In this document: positions 11,821 through 22,999 of the stretch, one piece after another
How positions within the stretch are numbered: the first letter of the stretch is position 1
Layout of the letters: each line of letters starts with the position of its first letter
From: Hydrurus foetidus
Lineage: Eukaryota
Direction of reading: 5' to 3'
NCBI GenBank assembly: GCA_900617105.1
Contig: UYFQ01000569.1
Location: forward strand, 1 to 45,016
DNA length: 45,016 nucleotides
Notes under the pieces: generated by a model
Databases searched by the model: none
What the model was told of the DNA's origin: nothing
Seen by the model: only the letters and a program-made list of their open reading frames with translations
Translations under genes and position numbers: made by a program

Positions 11821-12165
11821 TGTCGTAACTAAGGATCAGTTTCCACTGAATGGACAACTATATCCTTCCTGGGTACGCGCTCCTTCTGCAGGTTCAACAC
11901 GTGCGCTAGCAACTTTCCCGGGCTCAAGGCGAAAGCTCTGCTGGTGTGAGTATTAAGGTAATTAACGATGCAACATCGCTTACATCGTTCATGGAGACAG
12001 GCGAAAAGATCGCGCTGTCCCGCACAGTCAAACATGGTGCACTTTCATCATTTTGATGTTCCTGGGTTAAAGGAACCTGGACCGGTGGAGTAGCGACCAC
12101 CACACAGCACACGACGTACGAAACGTCATTAAATGTACATACGTAATAACTTATACGGTTACTTA
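11821..12165 (-). repeat. Copia-A 5' LTR, outer ~20 bp displaced or lost at the Harbinger insertion
   Basis: Matches the 3' LTR up to GGTTACTTA(G), then switches to GGCCCTTCCTAGTGG. Confidence 0.92.
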
Positions 12166-12381
12166 GGCCCTTCCTAGTGGAGTACAAATTACAAAATACA
12201 AAATTTGAAAATTTTTGAACTTTTATTTTTGTACTTTGTACCTCTACGGTTGTAGTGGTTGACAAAATACGAAAGCGCTGTTTTGTATCTTTTTTAAACC
12301 TCACGTTCGTAGTGGTTATCATTTTACAAAACACAAATTAGCAACCTCTAAATTTTTTTGCCACCACCTCAATTTCGCAAG

Positions 12382-13720
12382 ATGGTCAAAAGTAAGGTTA
12401 TGCAAGCCAAATCCAAGTCCGTGAAGAAATTTGTCGAGAAACTCAAAGCTCCCCAGTTGAAGGCGTTGCAGTATCTTCTTGCTGCAAATGCCTATGTTTC
12501 AATTATTGAGGTATCTGCTCGGAGAAAGAAGACGCAGAAAGAAGACATGGAAATGTGAGTTGTTTAAACTCTGATTATAGCATTTTAACCTCTTAAGAAC
12601 TCATCAATTTCATTTTCACTTGATAGATTCTACCATGGTGATGGCGGCGACCAGCTTGGTCAAGTCAACCAACTGTCGAATAGGAATAATCGCTATAAAG
12701 TCTTATGGGACGGGGATAAAATCGGTTCTAGGTTTGGAATTTTGAGCGGTATTAACAAAGATTCTATCAAGGAAATCATCAATATGCCGACCTTGTCTGG
12801 ACGTAAGAGAATCACTGGCCGTCAACTGCTGTCTAAAGCAAAGGCGAGCATAAAAGAAGCCAAAGTTTTACTAGCGTATTGGACAGACTACACAAGGAAC
12901 GGTGGTTTCCCATCTGGGAAAAATGAGGAGGACGCTCTTGACTTCCAGTCCCAGCGTTTGGACTTGCAGAAAACCGAGATCAAGATTATGCAGGACTCTC
13001 AAGATCATCACAAGAAGAGAATGAAGGCGCAAGATGGGTATGCCGCTGCAAACTCCATGCTGGAAAAACATGGGAGTAGGATGAACGAGTCCCAATGTGC
13101 ATACTGGTTCCAAGTTGCCAATAAATGGGCCATGGAAATGTCCACGTTCGAAGAAGAGGACACTCAACCAGACTACGACACTCCTGTCGTCATTTCCAAA
13201 CCAAAACATACGGTGCATCAGGATGAAGACACTACCATCGCATTTCGTTTAGATGAGGAATCAGTAGCCCCCAACTCATCCCTACAGAAGAAGAAATCGA
13301 AGACTGTGAAAGACTCTATCGAAGACTGTGAAGGAATTATTCTCTTATCAGCAATTCCCATCCAGTGGGACAGGTTCATCCTCCATTACAACCACCATCC
13401 ACGGTTGTAACGAATGTCATAATCGAGAGGAGCCTACAACATGAAAATTCTATTCTACGATCTGATTCTACTCATACGGCTGCTGAAACACTGGAGTTTA
13501 TTCTGGGATATAATGGAGAACCAGTACCAGAACCAGTTTATCAATCCTCTATTCCGATGTATCAGGCTACCATTGTACCATCAGCACCTACTCACCTTTT
13601 CAGTAAGGAACCATCTGTACCTGTTGGACTCAAAAGCTCTGTCCCCAGCGAGGTTCGTAAAGTTAAACAGAAGATTGCAGCTAAAGCCCCAGTGAACACA
13701 CTAGCGGACACCATCAATAC

Positions 13721-13760
<40 letters not shown>

Positions 13761-13901
13761 CTGACCATCGGGAGTAACGTAAGCAAAAGGGACAGTAACC
13801 CAGAGAAATCCAGCAGCAGTAGCAGCAGCAGCAGCAGCGGCAGCAGCAGCAACAAGGAAGGCAAGAGGACTGTAAAGAAGAGAACTATTGATAGTGTTTA
13901 A
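12382..13901 (+). pseudogene. Harbinger accessory gene (ORF1-like), intron 12555-12626, frameshift near 13330-13365
   Basis: ATG at 12382; a GTGAGT...TAG 72-nt intron joins in frame to ORF 12742..13410; PSGKNEEDAL resembles the SGxxExD segment of plant-type PIF/Harbinger ORF1 proteins; poly-Ser tail in ORF 13365..13901. Confidence 0.55.
13724..13850 (+). repeat. Two (AGC)n microsatellite tracts encoding poly-Ser
   Basis: AGC runs at ~13724-13757 and ~13812-13850. Confidence 0.9.
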
Positions 13902-14178
13902 TTGATTTATAACATGCCTTGTTTAAAATTGGTTTTGGTATTATGTACTCCACTACAATCGAGAGGTCCCAAAATGAGGATACAAAAAATGGAAAAATAA
14001 ATATGTTTCGAAAGTATGATAATATAAGTTAAAACATGCTAATATAATTATGTGAATTGATTTTAACGATAAATAAATTTTAAAATTTTGTACGATTATT
14101 TTGTACTCCACTGCAATCGAACGGATACAAAATTTGAATGAGTATATACAATACATGATATACAAGGAGTTAAAAACA

Positions 14179-15771
14179 TTAACCTAGAGCCATTTTACCA
14201 GTTCTAGAAGGCCAAATTAATTTTCCTAACTCCCATAATTTATTAGAGTGAGTTACTAATATGTTACGAAACTTAAAATTAGAGAGAGTCTGTAAACTTC
14301 TTGCTTCTTGTACCTCATTGATAACATCATTATCATCAATACCTACATCCTTGTTAATACGATTAATCTCATCACTTTCCAGAATGGAGCAGTCAAATGC
14401 ACGTGGATTATTTCCCTGGCGGCCACTACGAAATCTTCGAAATATAATTGGATCACAGTAGGCTTCTGTATCTCCTGGGGCATGCCATCCCAGTTCGCCC
14501 TGGTAGGGACTTATTACCCCCTTATTCCATCTCTTATCCAGTCCATCGCAATCCAGTAACATGTTGTGGAATGCACAACGGGTGAACCAAATATCGTCTA
14601 CTACCTCCAAACCATGCATCCTTACACCGGTCTTAAGAATTCTCCATTGCCCTAAAGTTGAATTTAAGTTATGGAGTATATGATAAGTATATGCTGTGCA
14701 ATACAGTGAAATTGATTTCTTACCTTTCATTATACCAAAGGTGCACTCAACATCTTTGCGCATTGATTCGGCCTATCTTGACCACCTTTGTTCTCTGACG
14801 GAAGATGACGCTTTGAAAGGGCATATCAGTGAGGTCCACGATGGATACCCTCCATCAACAAGAATCCATGCACCTTTATAGTCCTTCACTACACCCCTTT
14901 CATTATACAGAGAGAAGACATTGTCAGCAAGATAATTTCCTCTCTGAATGTCGGTAATGAAGTCATCAAAACGGACTATAATAGTATCGTTCCATCGTCC
15001 AGGGAAGCCAACAGTTGTTGCTAGTATCTGCCGGCGGTGATTGACAACAAGTTGATATGCACGAGTTGTATGAGATTCTTTTCCCCCAAGATTCTGATTC
15101 TTTAAGCGCGCATAGCACTTCTCCATTATAATGTGAGTAACATCTGCAGACCCAATACATCCATCGAACGCCGCCGCCTTAAACTCTGACATATGATCTT
15201 TGACTTCATCTTCAGATTCTGGGCGTTTCACCCACATGGGATATAGAAACTTCCTGCAAGCTTTGACAAACAAATTGAAAAATATGCGATGTGACTCCTC
15301 AGATACCCCTGTAGCCTCGGCGATATCATCAAAAGTCCACCCTCTTCCTAGATAGCGCAAAGCACCCAGAATGAATAAATCCAATGGAATCCCAGGTTGG
15401 TGACATGCATTCCGACGTTCGTAAGTGGGAAACCATTTTTGCTCTCTCGCCAGTTTCACTAGACCTTGAAACTCGGCGTAGGGCATCCTGAATCGTCGCC
15501 TGAACTGGGCGTATTGACTTTTATTTTTGAACCAACCGACTCCAGATACATATCTTCGGTACCATTCCGACTCCACAGCTTGGAATGGATCATACCCTTG
15601 ATAGTTCCTTGCAGCATATGGTCTTTTTTCTTTAACAACTACTTGTTTCTGTTCTTCTTTACCCTCTTCATCCTCCTCGTCATCATTTCTATCTCGTTTC
15701 CTTTTATACGCAGCCCATTTATCAAATACGACAATTCCTTCATCATCAAAGATACTAGTGAACCTCTCCAT
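14179..15771 (-). pseudogene. PIF/Harbinger DDE transposase with a nonsense codon; probable 72-nt intron 14652-14723
   Basis: FRRRFRMPY, LRYLGRG, GCIGSADVTH (D), ILVDGGY (D), RKDVECTFG (E), HNMLL. ORFs 14773..15771 and 14179..14763 are in frame, split by TAG where Trp is expected (WSR*AESMRKDVE). Removing GTAAGA...TTTAG restores MKGQWRILK. Confidence 0.92.
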
Positions 15772-15934
15772 CTCAAATCAACTTTCAGATGTTGAATTGA
15801 TGTCGATTAGGATGAGTTGTTAGTAATATAAATAATTTTTTTCTAATTATGTACCTGTACAATCGAGGTACAAAAAAACTCAAGAATTTTGTCACAAGGG
15901 GCCTGTTTTGTACCTCGACAAAACAGGAAATTTA

Positions 15935-17779
15935 GGGTCCGTTCGGTAACTTCTGTATTCTGTTCCAGTGGATTCGTAAAAGCGGTGGAATTTGTATTTC
16001 CAGTGGATACAGAAATCCAGTGGAAGTTCGGTATCGAACACCACGGACTTGCGCTAGAGTAATTCGAATGTTGTGAGTCCATTAATTTATCGTTGATGTA
16101 ATGATTAAAAATAAATAATTTAAAAATACGACCATATCAATCATCAAACTTTTAAGACGTTGGCAAAAGCACAGAATGTGAATCAATTATTTTTGCTGCC
16201 GTATTTCAAAGATTGACGTCAAAAACTGCTGTGACAGACATCTATTTTAAGAAACGGCTAACATAAAATTTACCGTTCTGTTTTACCATTTCTTTCATTA
16301 ACTTAATCAGCATAAACAACTGTAGTTACAGATGTGATTCGAGTAATTATCGTAGCAAAATACAGTGGTTAACATGTATGACCACTCTGCTCTAACTTAA
16401 TTCAAACAGTCATCAATGCATGTCTTCATCTCTTCATCGTCCATTAGGATGAATAACTCAGAATTGTCCTTCAAGTATTTCTGAAACTTGAATCGCTCTA
16501 CAGCAGTCAGATCAGCTGAGTACTTTTCCTTGAACAGTGACATCGCTTGCGTCAGAGAACTGCTGGCTGTATGGTGCTTCACCAAGACTTCCTGGTTAGA
16601 CACAATTTTTCCGAGTAGCTTGACAACTTCTTCTTGTGCATTCTCTCTTGGCTTCCTAGCTTGAGTCTTGACCGGCAATGGCTTAACTGGCACTTGTTTC
16701 TTCCTAGATAGTGTGCGCGACCCATCTTCATCATCGCTTGAGCCACTGTCATCAGTAGCCTTCTTGGCTGGCGGTAACTGGTCCACTGCATCAGCTGGTA
16801 GATGCGCAAGAAATTAGCAATGATGTCAAAACAGGCACATGCACAAGTGTCTTCATAATAACCTCGGTTGAGCTTCATTGCTGAAACCTTCGTAGACTGT
16901 CGAGGGAATGCACTGTCATCACCGCTCATAGTCTCGTCATCTTCAGAGTTCATCGCTTGGGGCTGCGCAGAAATCGGAGGTGACTTTCTGGCCACTTTGG
17001 AAACTCTATCGACCTCCTCGTTTGAGCTTTTCCCCCACAAGTCATTGCCATGTTTATGACGAGGTGTCACTGGAGTAAAAGGCGATTTTGCATACTTGCC
17101 AGTTGCCCCGCTGCCATTGAAAATGATGTCCAACTCAGCGAAATTTTTCAGGGCTTTGTTCCTGAACTGCGCTGCCAAAGGATGTGCCAGGATAAGAAGA
17201 TCCCATACCGACTTTGGCGCTGTTGGAGCAAGGGTGTCCGGGTCTACACCAAATCCGCTGTTACCAACTATAGCGGAGTAAGCTGTCCAATCAGCTTTGA
17301 GCTTTGGATAGAAGCTCTGACACTGCTGCTTCGTGTACGTGCCGCGACATTGTTCGTTCAGGTCGTCAACAATACGCTGCCATGCAACCTTCTTGAAGCC
17401 GCTGTCAACGCAAATTCCTCTCTCTGTCTCAGTTACCATTGCAGTGATGAAGTGGAATCGAGTCTCATCAGACCATTTTGCTCTGTCTTTAATTATCTTA
17501 ACACTCATGATGTTGTTGCACTTCAAGATTGTGATGAAGAGATGTGATAGTGATGTGTGATAGAGATGCAAGAGAAGAGTTGGCAATTTCCCAATTTCCA
17601 GTAAAAAGAAAACGAGTGAGAAGCTGTTTTTTTAATCCAGTGCAAATCTTAAAAATACAGTAGGACGAAATATGCCGAACAAGAGGCTGGATTTGAAAAT
17701 CCACTGTTTCGTGGAATTCCAGTGGAATCTGGGGTACCCTGGGGTAATCCAGTAAAAGAAAAAGTTACCGAACGGACCC
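15935..17779. mobile_element. Nested non-autonomous PIF/Harbinger (1845 bp) carrying only a Myb/SANT gene
   Basis: Perfect 18-bp TIRs GGGTCCGTTCGGTAACTT / AAGTTACCGAACGGACCC; TTA target-site duplication at 15932-34 and 17780-82; subterminal TTCCAGTGGA-like repeats at both ends. Confidence 0.95.
16397..17508 (-). CDS. Myb/SANT-like DNA-binding protein (Harbinger ORF1); exons 17508-16863 and 16794-16397
   Basis: AKWSDE...SGFKKVAWQRI...YTKQQC...LKADW...SGFG...VWD...HP...FRNK...LDIIF...ATG matches the Myb/SANT-like pattern of Harbinger ORF1. A 68-nt GT..CAG intron with GCTAAT branch point joins the two ORFs in frame. Confidence 0.88.
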
Positions 17780-18003
17780 TTACTTTTTTTTTGGTTTTTT
17801 GTATTTTGTACTCCACTACAATCGAGAATCCATGTAAGAGGTACAAAACAGGAATTTTGTATTTTGTATTTTGTACTCCACTGGGAGTTATTCTTCGGAT
17901 GAGCACCGTGAGATATAATATGATGAAAGAAACGTCGCTACAACGGAGTCATTAAGTCCCAACGCCGTGTTTCTTTTGCAAGAGCCGCTTTACGACGACT
18001 GCA

Positions 18004-21000
18004 ATGGCCGAAATTCAGACTTGTCGATGGGATCTAAACGACGACGAGAAAGACTCCGGTGATGAGAAAATGATAATAAAGAAGAAAGCTAAAACGGAGA
18101 CAGATGAGAAATTGCAAATAAAGGCTTCTGACGCTATGGACTGTGTTGCTGTAACTGAATCAAATGTGGGTGTCAGCGTTTTAAAAGACTCATCTCCGAT
18201 GAAAGAGAATATACAGAATAATTCACCGAAGCGAGTCGACGAGACTGTCGTTGCTGTAGAATCTCTAGCTGCTGCAGAAGTGGCTGTCACGAATAGGAAG
18301 AAAACCGCAAAAGCCATTGCGGAAGCCGATCATAATCCTTTGCACCATGGATGCAGATCAGTAGATGAATACATTCGTTTGAATTTTATAGACCAAGGAA
18401 CCTACGGTGTTGTCTTCAGAGCTAAGTGCAAAAAATCCGGCCGAATTTATGCACTTAAACAAGTGAAGATCGGAAAAGAGGCTGCTAAGGTTGGCTTCCC
18501 TGTGACTGCGCTAAGGGAGACGAATATATTGCTGGCATTAAGGCACCCAAACATAGTTAGGTGAGTAGCTGATACTTTCGTAGTCTTGTGAAATTCTGAT
18601 AGACCGCAACAATTTAGATTACCGCGACTGTCATTCCTAAAATTTGAATCAGAGTGCGAGAAATGGTAGTTGGGAAAGACATAGATAAAGTTTATATGGT
18701 GATGGACTTCGGAGGCTTGGATCTCAAGGTGATTTATATTCCTGTATATTGTGATTTGAGATGCAGTGTAGTTGAACTAGATAATAGTAAGGTTATTGTC
18801 GTGCAGTGCGGTAACAACATGCTGACAGTGTATAAGTAGGAATGATAGATAAGATGCTGACAGTCTATAAATAGGAACGATAGATAACAGACATGATAAG
18901 CTGCAATTCCGACTATCTGAGCACCAATCATCTCAAATCGTTGCTTTCTCTTGTTTGAGATTTCTAACATCTCCCTGAACAAACTAGGCTAATCTCTCTC
19001 ACGTGGCTTTCAGGCTTGCATGGATAAAGCAAAGAAACCTTTCTCCACCGCTGAGGTCAAACAACTTATGATTCAGTTTCTGGGAGCAGTACATCACATG
19101 CATGAGAAGTGGTACATTCACAGAGATCTGAAAACAACTAATTTGCTGTATCAAGACGGTGTACTTCGCGTGTGTGATTTTGGTCTAGCAAGGAAATATG
19201 GGAGGTGAGCGAATTTGCCGTACCTACTTAATGCTGCTGCATTCAAACGTATTAAAACTTTTACTGTCATCAAACTTTTACCATCCAATATGAGGTATTA
19301 TACTTATTGATTACTCCGAATACAAGTGAATCCCATGCAGTTATCGTAGCTCCGATCAAACAGTGGCGGTAGGTGCGATGCATATGATAGTCATAGATGG
19401 TGCACTCCAGAGCATCAGAGTGCGTGCTCAGACGGACTGCTCCAGTCTGACTGCTCTGCTATACCATCCACTTCTAGACCAGTTCATTATTCTGATGCGC
19501 CACTGTAGTAGTTTGAAGTGCTTACGACAAAAGAATTTTTTATGGGATATGAAGTGATCGGTCAGGCAGTGTCAGTTCAGTGCCTGCACAGCCAGATCTG
19601 TCATTCAAAGAGCAGCAATAGTTACTACAGCTCAGCCAGCAACATGTCGCGTTTGTTTGATCGTCCCACACAGTCTTCATTCTCTTTCTCCTTCTCAACA
19701 TTCTGCAGTCCCATCGCGCCTTACACGTTCGAAGTCGTCACTCTATGGTGTAAGTAGGACATCGCTTATTTCTCTGTTCGCTGCCTGTGCTAGGCAGTAC
19801 TGAGCTGTGTGAGTGGACTGCCTCTCAATCTTGGCTCTATCTATATTTATACGGTCCAGCGTGTTTGTCTGCCAGTGACAAGGCACATCTTTGTCTGCTC
19901 CCATCTCGTAAATATCACATAGCGTGAAAAGTAATCGTGTTATGGAGATTTGTTCAAAGTGTTGTGAACCTCTCATTCTCAATGAAATAAGTAGCGGAAA
20001 GCATACATTGATTGTAATCTTCACCATCTGACCTTCTCACCATTACTCTTTTAGATCGACCTACGGAATTGCTTCTAGGAAAGAGGGAATATTCCACACC
20101 ACTAGACCTCTGGGCTGTAGGATGTATATTCGCTGAAATGCTGACTGGTCGGCCATTATTTCCAGGAGAGGGCGAGGTTGATCAAATCAACAAGATTTTT
20201 AAGGTAGATGCATAGATATCATTACGGCTACAAAATGCTTGATCAGGCGGATTGCTGTGAGTGGTGTCAGTCAGCTAGTTTGTCAGTTAGACATGGTCTC
20301 TGATTGTTCATTGTTCACATCATTTTAAGGCATAAGAAATGTGTCTTGTCTCATCGCCCTGCTGCAACTGATAATTTTTCTCCTTCCTATTACTCCAATT
20401 ATGCCTCTTTGGTATATAGGGATTGTCAGTGAAAGCAGCTTAGTAATAGGAATAAGGACCACTAGTGAAGTGTAGCATATAATCTGCAGTGAATAACTTC
20501 TCTGCTTGAAGTGTTAGTCTCACTCCTCACATCATCTGTCTCATCTCATCTACAAGATGTTGGGTGCCCCCACTGAAGACCAATGGCCCGGTGTGACCTC
20601 ACTACCGCATGCCAGTAAAATCAGCTGGAAACAACCGACCAGGTACAACTTAAATCATCAGCTGACTGCACGGTACAGCGATTCAAATAATCCCTTCATT
20701 CGTTATCCACATTCAATATGGACAACGAACGTGGATAAAATTGAATTGATCATGACCATCGTCAAGTCACCCACCCGACTGTGTTGTGGTTCAATCCGAT
20801 CAAAGTGGCTGCACAGACACGAACAGACTCGGTCGTTTTAAACTTATTGGATAAGTCACTCTCCCTTTCATTCTCGTCTGTGCACTGTGCTATGTAGTGC
20901 AACTTCTTTCTAATTCTTCCACCTGCAATACACTGTCTCTTTTATAGAGGAAAGCTGAGAGAGCTACTGCCTACGGCCAGCTTCTCAGGAGGGGCCTATC

Positions 21001-21381
21001 TGAACGACACGGGATATGACTTGCTCACTAAACTCCTTACAATGGACCCTAACCAGGTGCGATCTCAGGATCCAGGCGATAGTAGACATCGATTGATGTA
21101 GCACAGTAAAGCTGATAATGCTATGTGACAATTCCATCCGATGTCTGCCTAAACCTCATCTCATCTCACCATGTGCTGTACTATATTTTTACTTCTATTA
21201 CTAGCGGATATCAGCAGCTGACGCACTGTGTCATCCGTGGCTTACGGTGGAGGCTCCTCTGCCCACCTCCATGGATATGATGCCGAGGGTGAAGCCGAAC
21301 AGCCAGGACGTCGAAGAAGACGCGGAAGAAGTAGAGAGAGAAAAGCAGCGCAAAACCCAAGAGCTCTCCTCACTCTTCTAG
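18004..21381 (+). CDS. Cyclin-dependent kinase, CDK11/CDKG (PITSLRE)-like; 8 exons: 18004-18560, 18653-18728, 19014-19204, 19709-19749, 20055-20203, 20557-20642, 20948-21056, 21205-21381
   Basis: Phase-consistent GT-AG splicing gives [98 protein letters not shown], and TAG at 21379-81. Confidence 0.93.
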
Positions 21382-21680
21382 GCTCTAGAGATGGTGATTT
21401 TTCGGATCTAAATCTACATCATTGCTATGCTTCATGAAGCTTCCGAATGTCGTCGTGACAGCCCTTAGGATACTGCATAAGATTAGTCCGATCTATGCCT
21501 TTTAGCAAATGACTCGGCATTATAGTCAACAGAATTTCTCTGGCCGATTTTGTGGTAAGATTGGACAAAGCACCGATATCAGCAGTAACAAAAGTTGTTC
21601 GCTTCTATGTCTGGCCAGTGATGTGATGGACTGACAAAGAAATCCAGGTCAGTTGCACGCGCTGATCCGTAGCTCAGTCA

Positions 21681-22937
21681 CTATGACGACGCACTTAGCT
21701 TTTCGATGAGATAGTGAGCGTTCTTGTACTTAGTATACAGAGCGCCCAGCACCACAGAGGGGCTCGATATCCATTTGAATCCTAGTGACGCGGACACTGT
21801 TCCTCTTAAAATCAGATTCGTTCTGGGAAAGTAGGCTGTTCCATTAGAAGCGATCGCAGGCCAGAGACAGAACGTACTTACGCTACATATGGTGGTTTTA
21901 GCGAAGGTCAGTCGAGCCATGTCGATGTAAATGTCATCACCTCTCTTGACGACCACTTTAGCTTTGGGAAAGTGGTGACTCAAATGTTTCCACAAACTGT
22001 ACAGAATAGCGTCGCATTTTGATGACAGATGTTGTCTTTCCACCGTCTTCCGATTTCTCGTCTCAGCGAGCACATAAATAGTCCGAGATGACAATGGAAT
22101 CTTGTCCTTTATTGCACGAAAAGGCAAAAATCCGTAGTCTCCGACAAAGTTGTCTCCACATCTATAGTGTACAGCTGCATCGGGAATCAAGGGCAGCACA
22201 CTGCCCACTGCTTCCGAGGAGATATCGGTCCCATTTACAGTGGTTTCTCTCGGGGTGGACGGATCATTCAAATGAAACAACAAAGCTCCAAAAAACATTG
22301 GTCTTATGATATGAAGACTCTTAGTCCAGGCCGCACCTGGATGCTCGTGGCACGAGCTATCGCATCGGCAATTCGTCATAATTGATTTTCTAGCCTTTGA
22401 AGGCGCGACAGTACTGTTATGCTTCACGAAATCAGGAAGGTGCGATATGAATGCGGACGACGCATGTTTCGATAGGGGTTCGTAGACTTTAGCTACAGCG
22501 ACGTAATGAAGGCCAGATAAATATGAGCATGAAATTGATTCGAAATAAGAACCAAGATAATTACCCATTGAGTCCGATCCAAGACATGGAGAATTCACCA
22601 AAATTGGTTGTCCATGCGATAACGACTTCCAGTGATCCGCATAATAGCTTTTAAAGGCATTAGCAGGTTGGATGTAGATGCAGCGCTTCAGAAAAATGTG
22701 GGGCTTCAATTGCTGTTCGATAGTGTAATTCAGTGGCAGTGGATGTGTAGAATCATATGCGGTGTTAATTTCTCGAAAGATCTTCATCAAATCTGCATCA
22801 GTTCCACTAACATCATAGAGAATAAAGAGAGATAACAAGACAGACTTCACGGTCAAAAATATCGTACACATGACGATTATCGTATCCGAATGGCGGTCTT
22901 TTGAAAGTGCTTTTGTCACCTTAGTTGCATTATACAT
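21681..22937 (-). CDS. Intronless 418-aa membrane-anchored protein, glycosyltransferase (fucosyltransferase-superfamily)-like
   Basis: Long ATG-initiated ORF; N-terminal hydrophobic segment; MGNYL, AVHYRCGD, IYVLAE and DMARL...STFCLW resemble GT11/NodZ-type motifs (GLGN, HxRRGD, D...STFSWW). Function is inference. Confidence 0.7.
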   Translation of the reverse strand: MYNATKVTKALSKDRHSDTIIVMCTIFLTVKSVLLSLFILYDVSGTDADLMKIFREINTAYDSTHPLPLNYTIEQQLKPHIFLKRCIYIQPANAFKSYYADHWKSLSHGQPILVNSPCLGSDSMGNYLGSYFESISCSYLSGLHYVAVAKVYEPLSKHASSAFISHLPDFVKHNSTVAPSKARKSIMTNCRCDSSCHEHPGAAWTKSLHIIRPMFFGALLFHLNDPSTPRETTVNGTDISSEAVGSVLPLIPDAAVHYRCGDNFVGDYGFLPFRAIKDKIPLSSRTIYVLAETRNRKTVERQHLSSKCDAILYSLWKHLSHHFPKAKVVVKRGDDIYIDMARLTFAKTTICSVSTFCLWPAIASNGTAYFPRTNLILRGTVSASLGFKWISSPSVVLGALYTKYKNAHYLIEKLSASS

Positions 22938-22999
22938 TATCGCGGCCCCTGAAGCAGTTCGAAGTTCGAAGAAGTTTTGAAAGTCAAGTCGGCTGTTGG

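Larger units (their letters stand above)
5832..12165 (-). mobile_element. Ty1/Copia LTR retrotransposon 'Copia-A' (decayed; 5' LTR interrupted by a Harbinger)
   Basis: Direct repeats at 5832 and 11821; minus-strand Gag-PR-INT-RT-RH order. Confidence 0.95.
12166..17887. mobile_element. PIF/Harbinger DNA transposon (outer element), right TIR tip truncated
   Basis: Starts after TTA with GGCCCTTCCTAGTGGAGTACAAATTACAAAATACAAAATT; near-perfect inverted copy AATTTTGTATTTTGTATTTTGTACTCCACTGGGA at 17853-17886; encloses a DDE transposase and a convergent second gene. Confidence 0.88.

Noticed and set aside
13592..13864. Poly-Leu membrane-like ORF on the minus strand
   Set aside because: It is the antisense reading of the AGC microsatellites.
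7926..14775. Alternative genetic code or readthrough at in-frame stops in Copia-A pol (7926, 8439) and the transposase (14773)
   Set aside because: The stops are mixed TAA/TAG in mid-domain, alongside other lesions, and the host genes end in TAG; ordinary nonsense mutations fit better.
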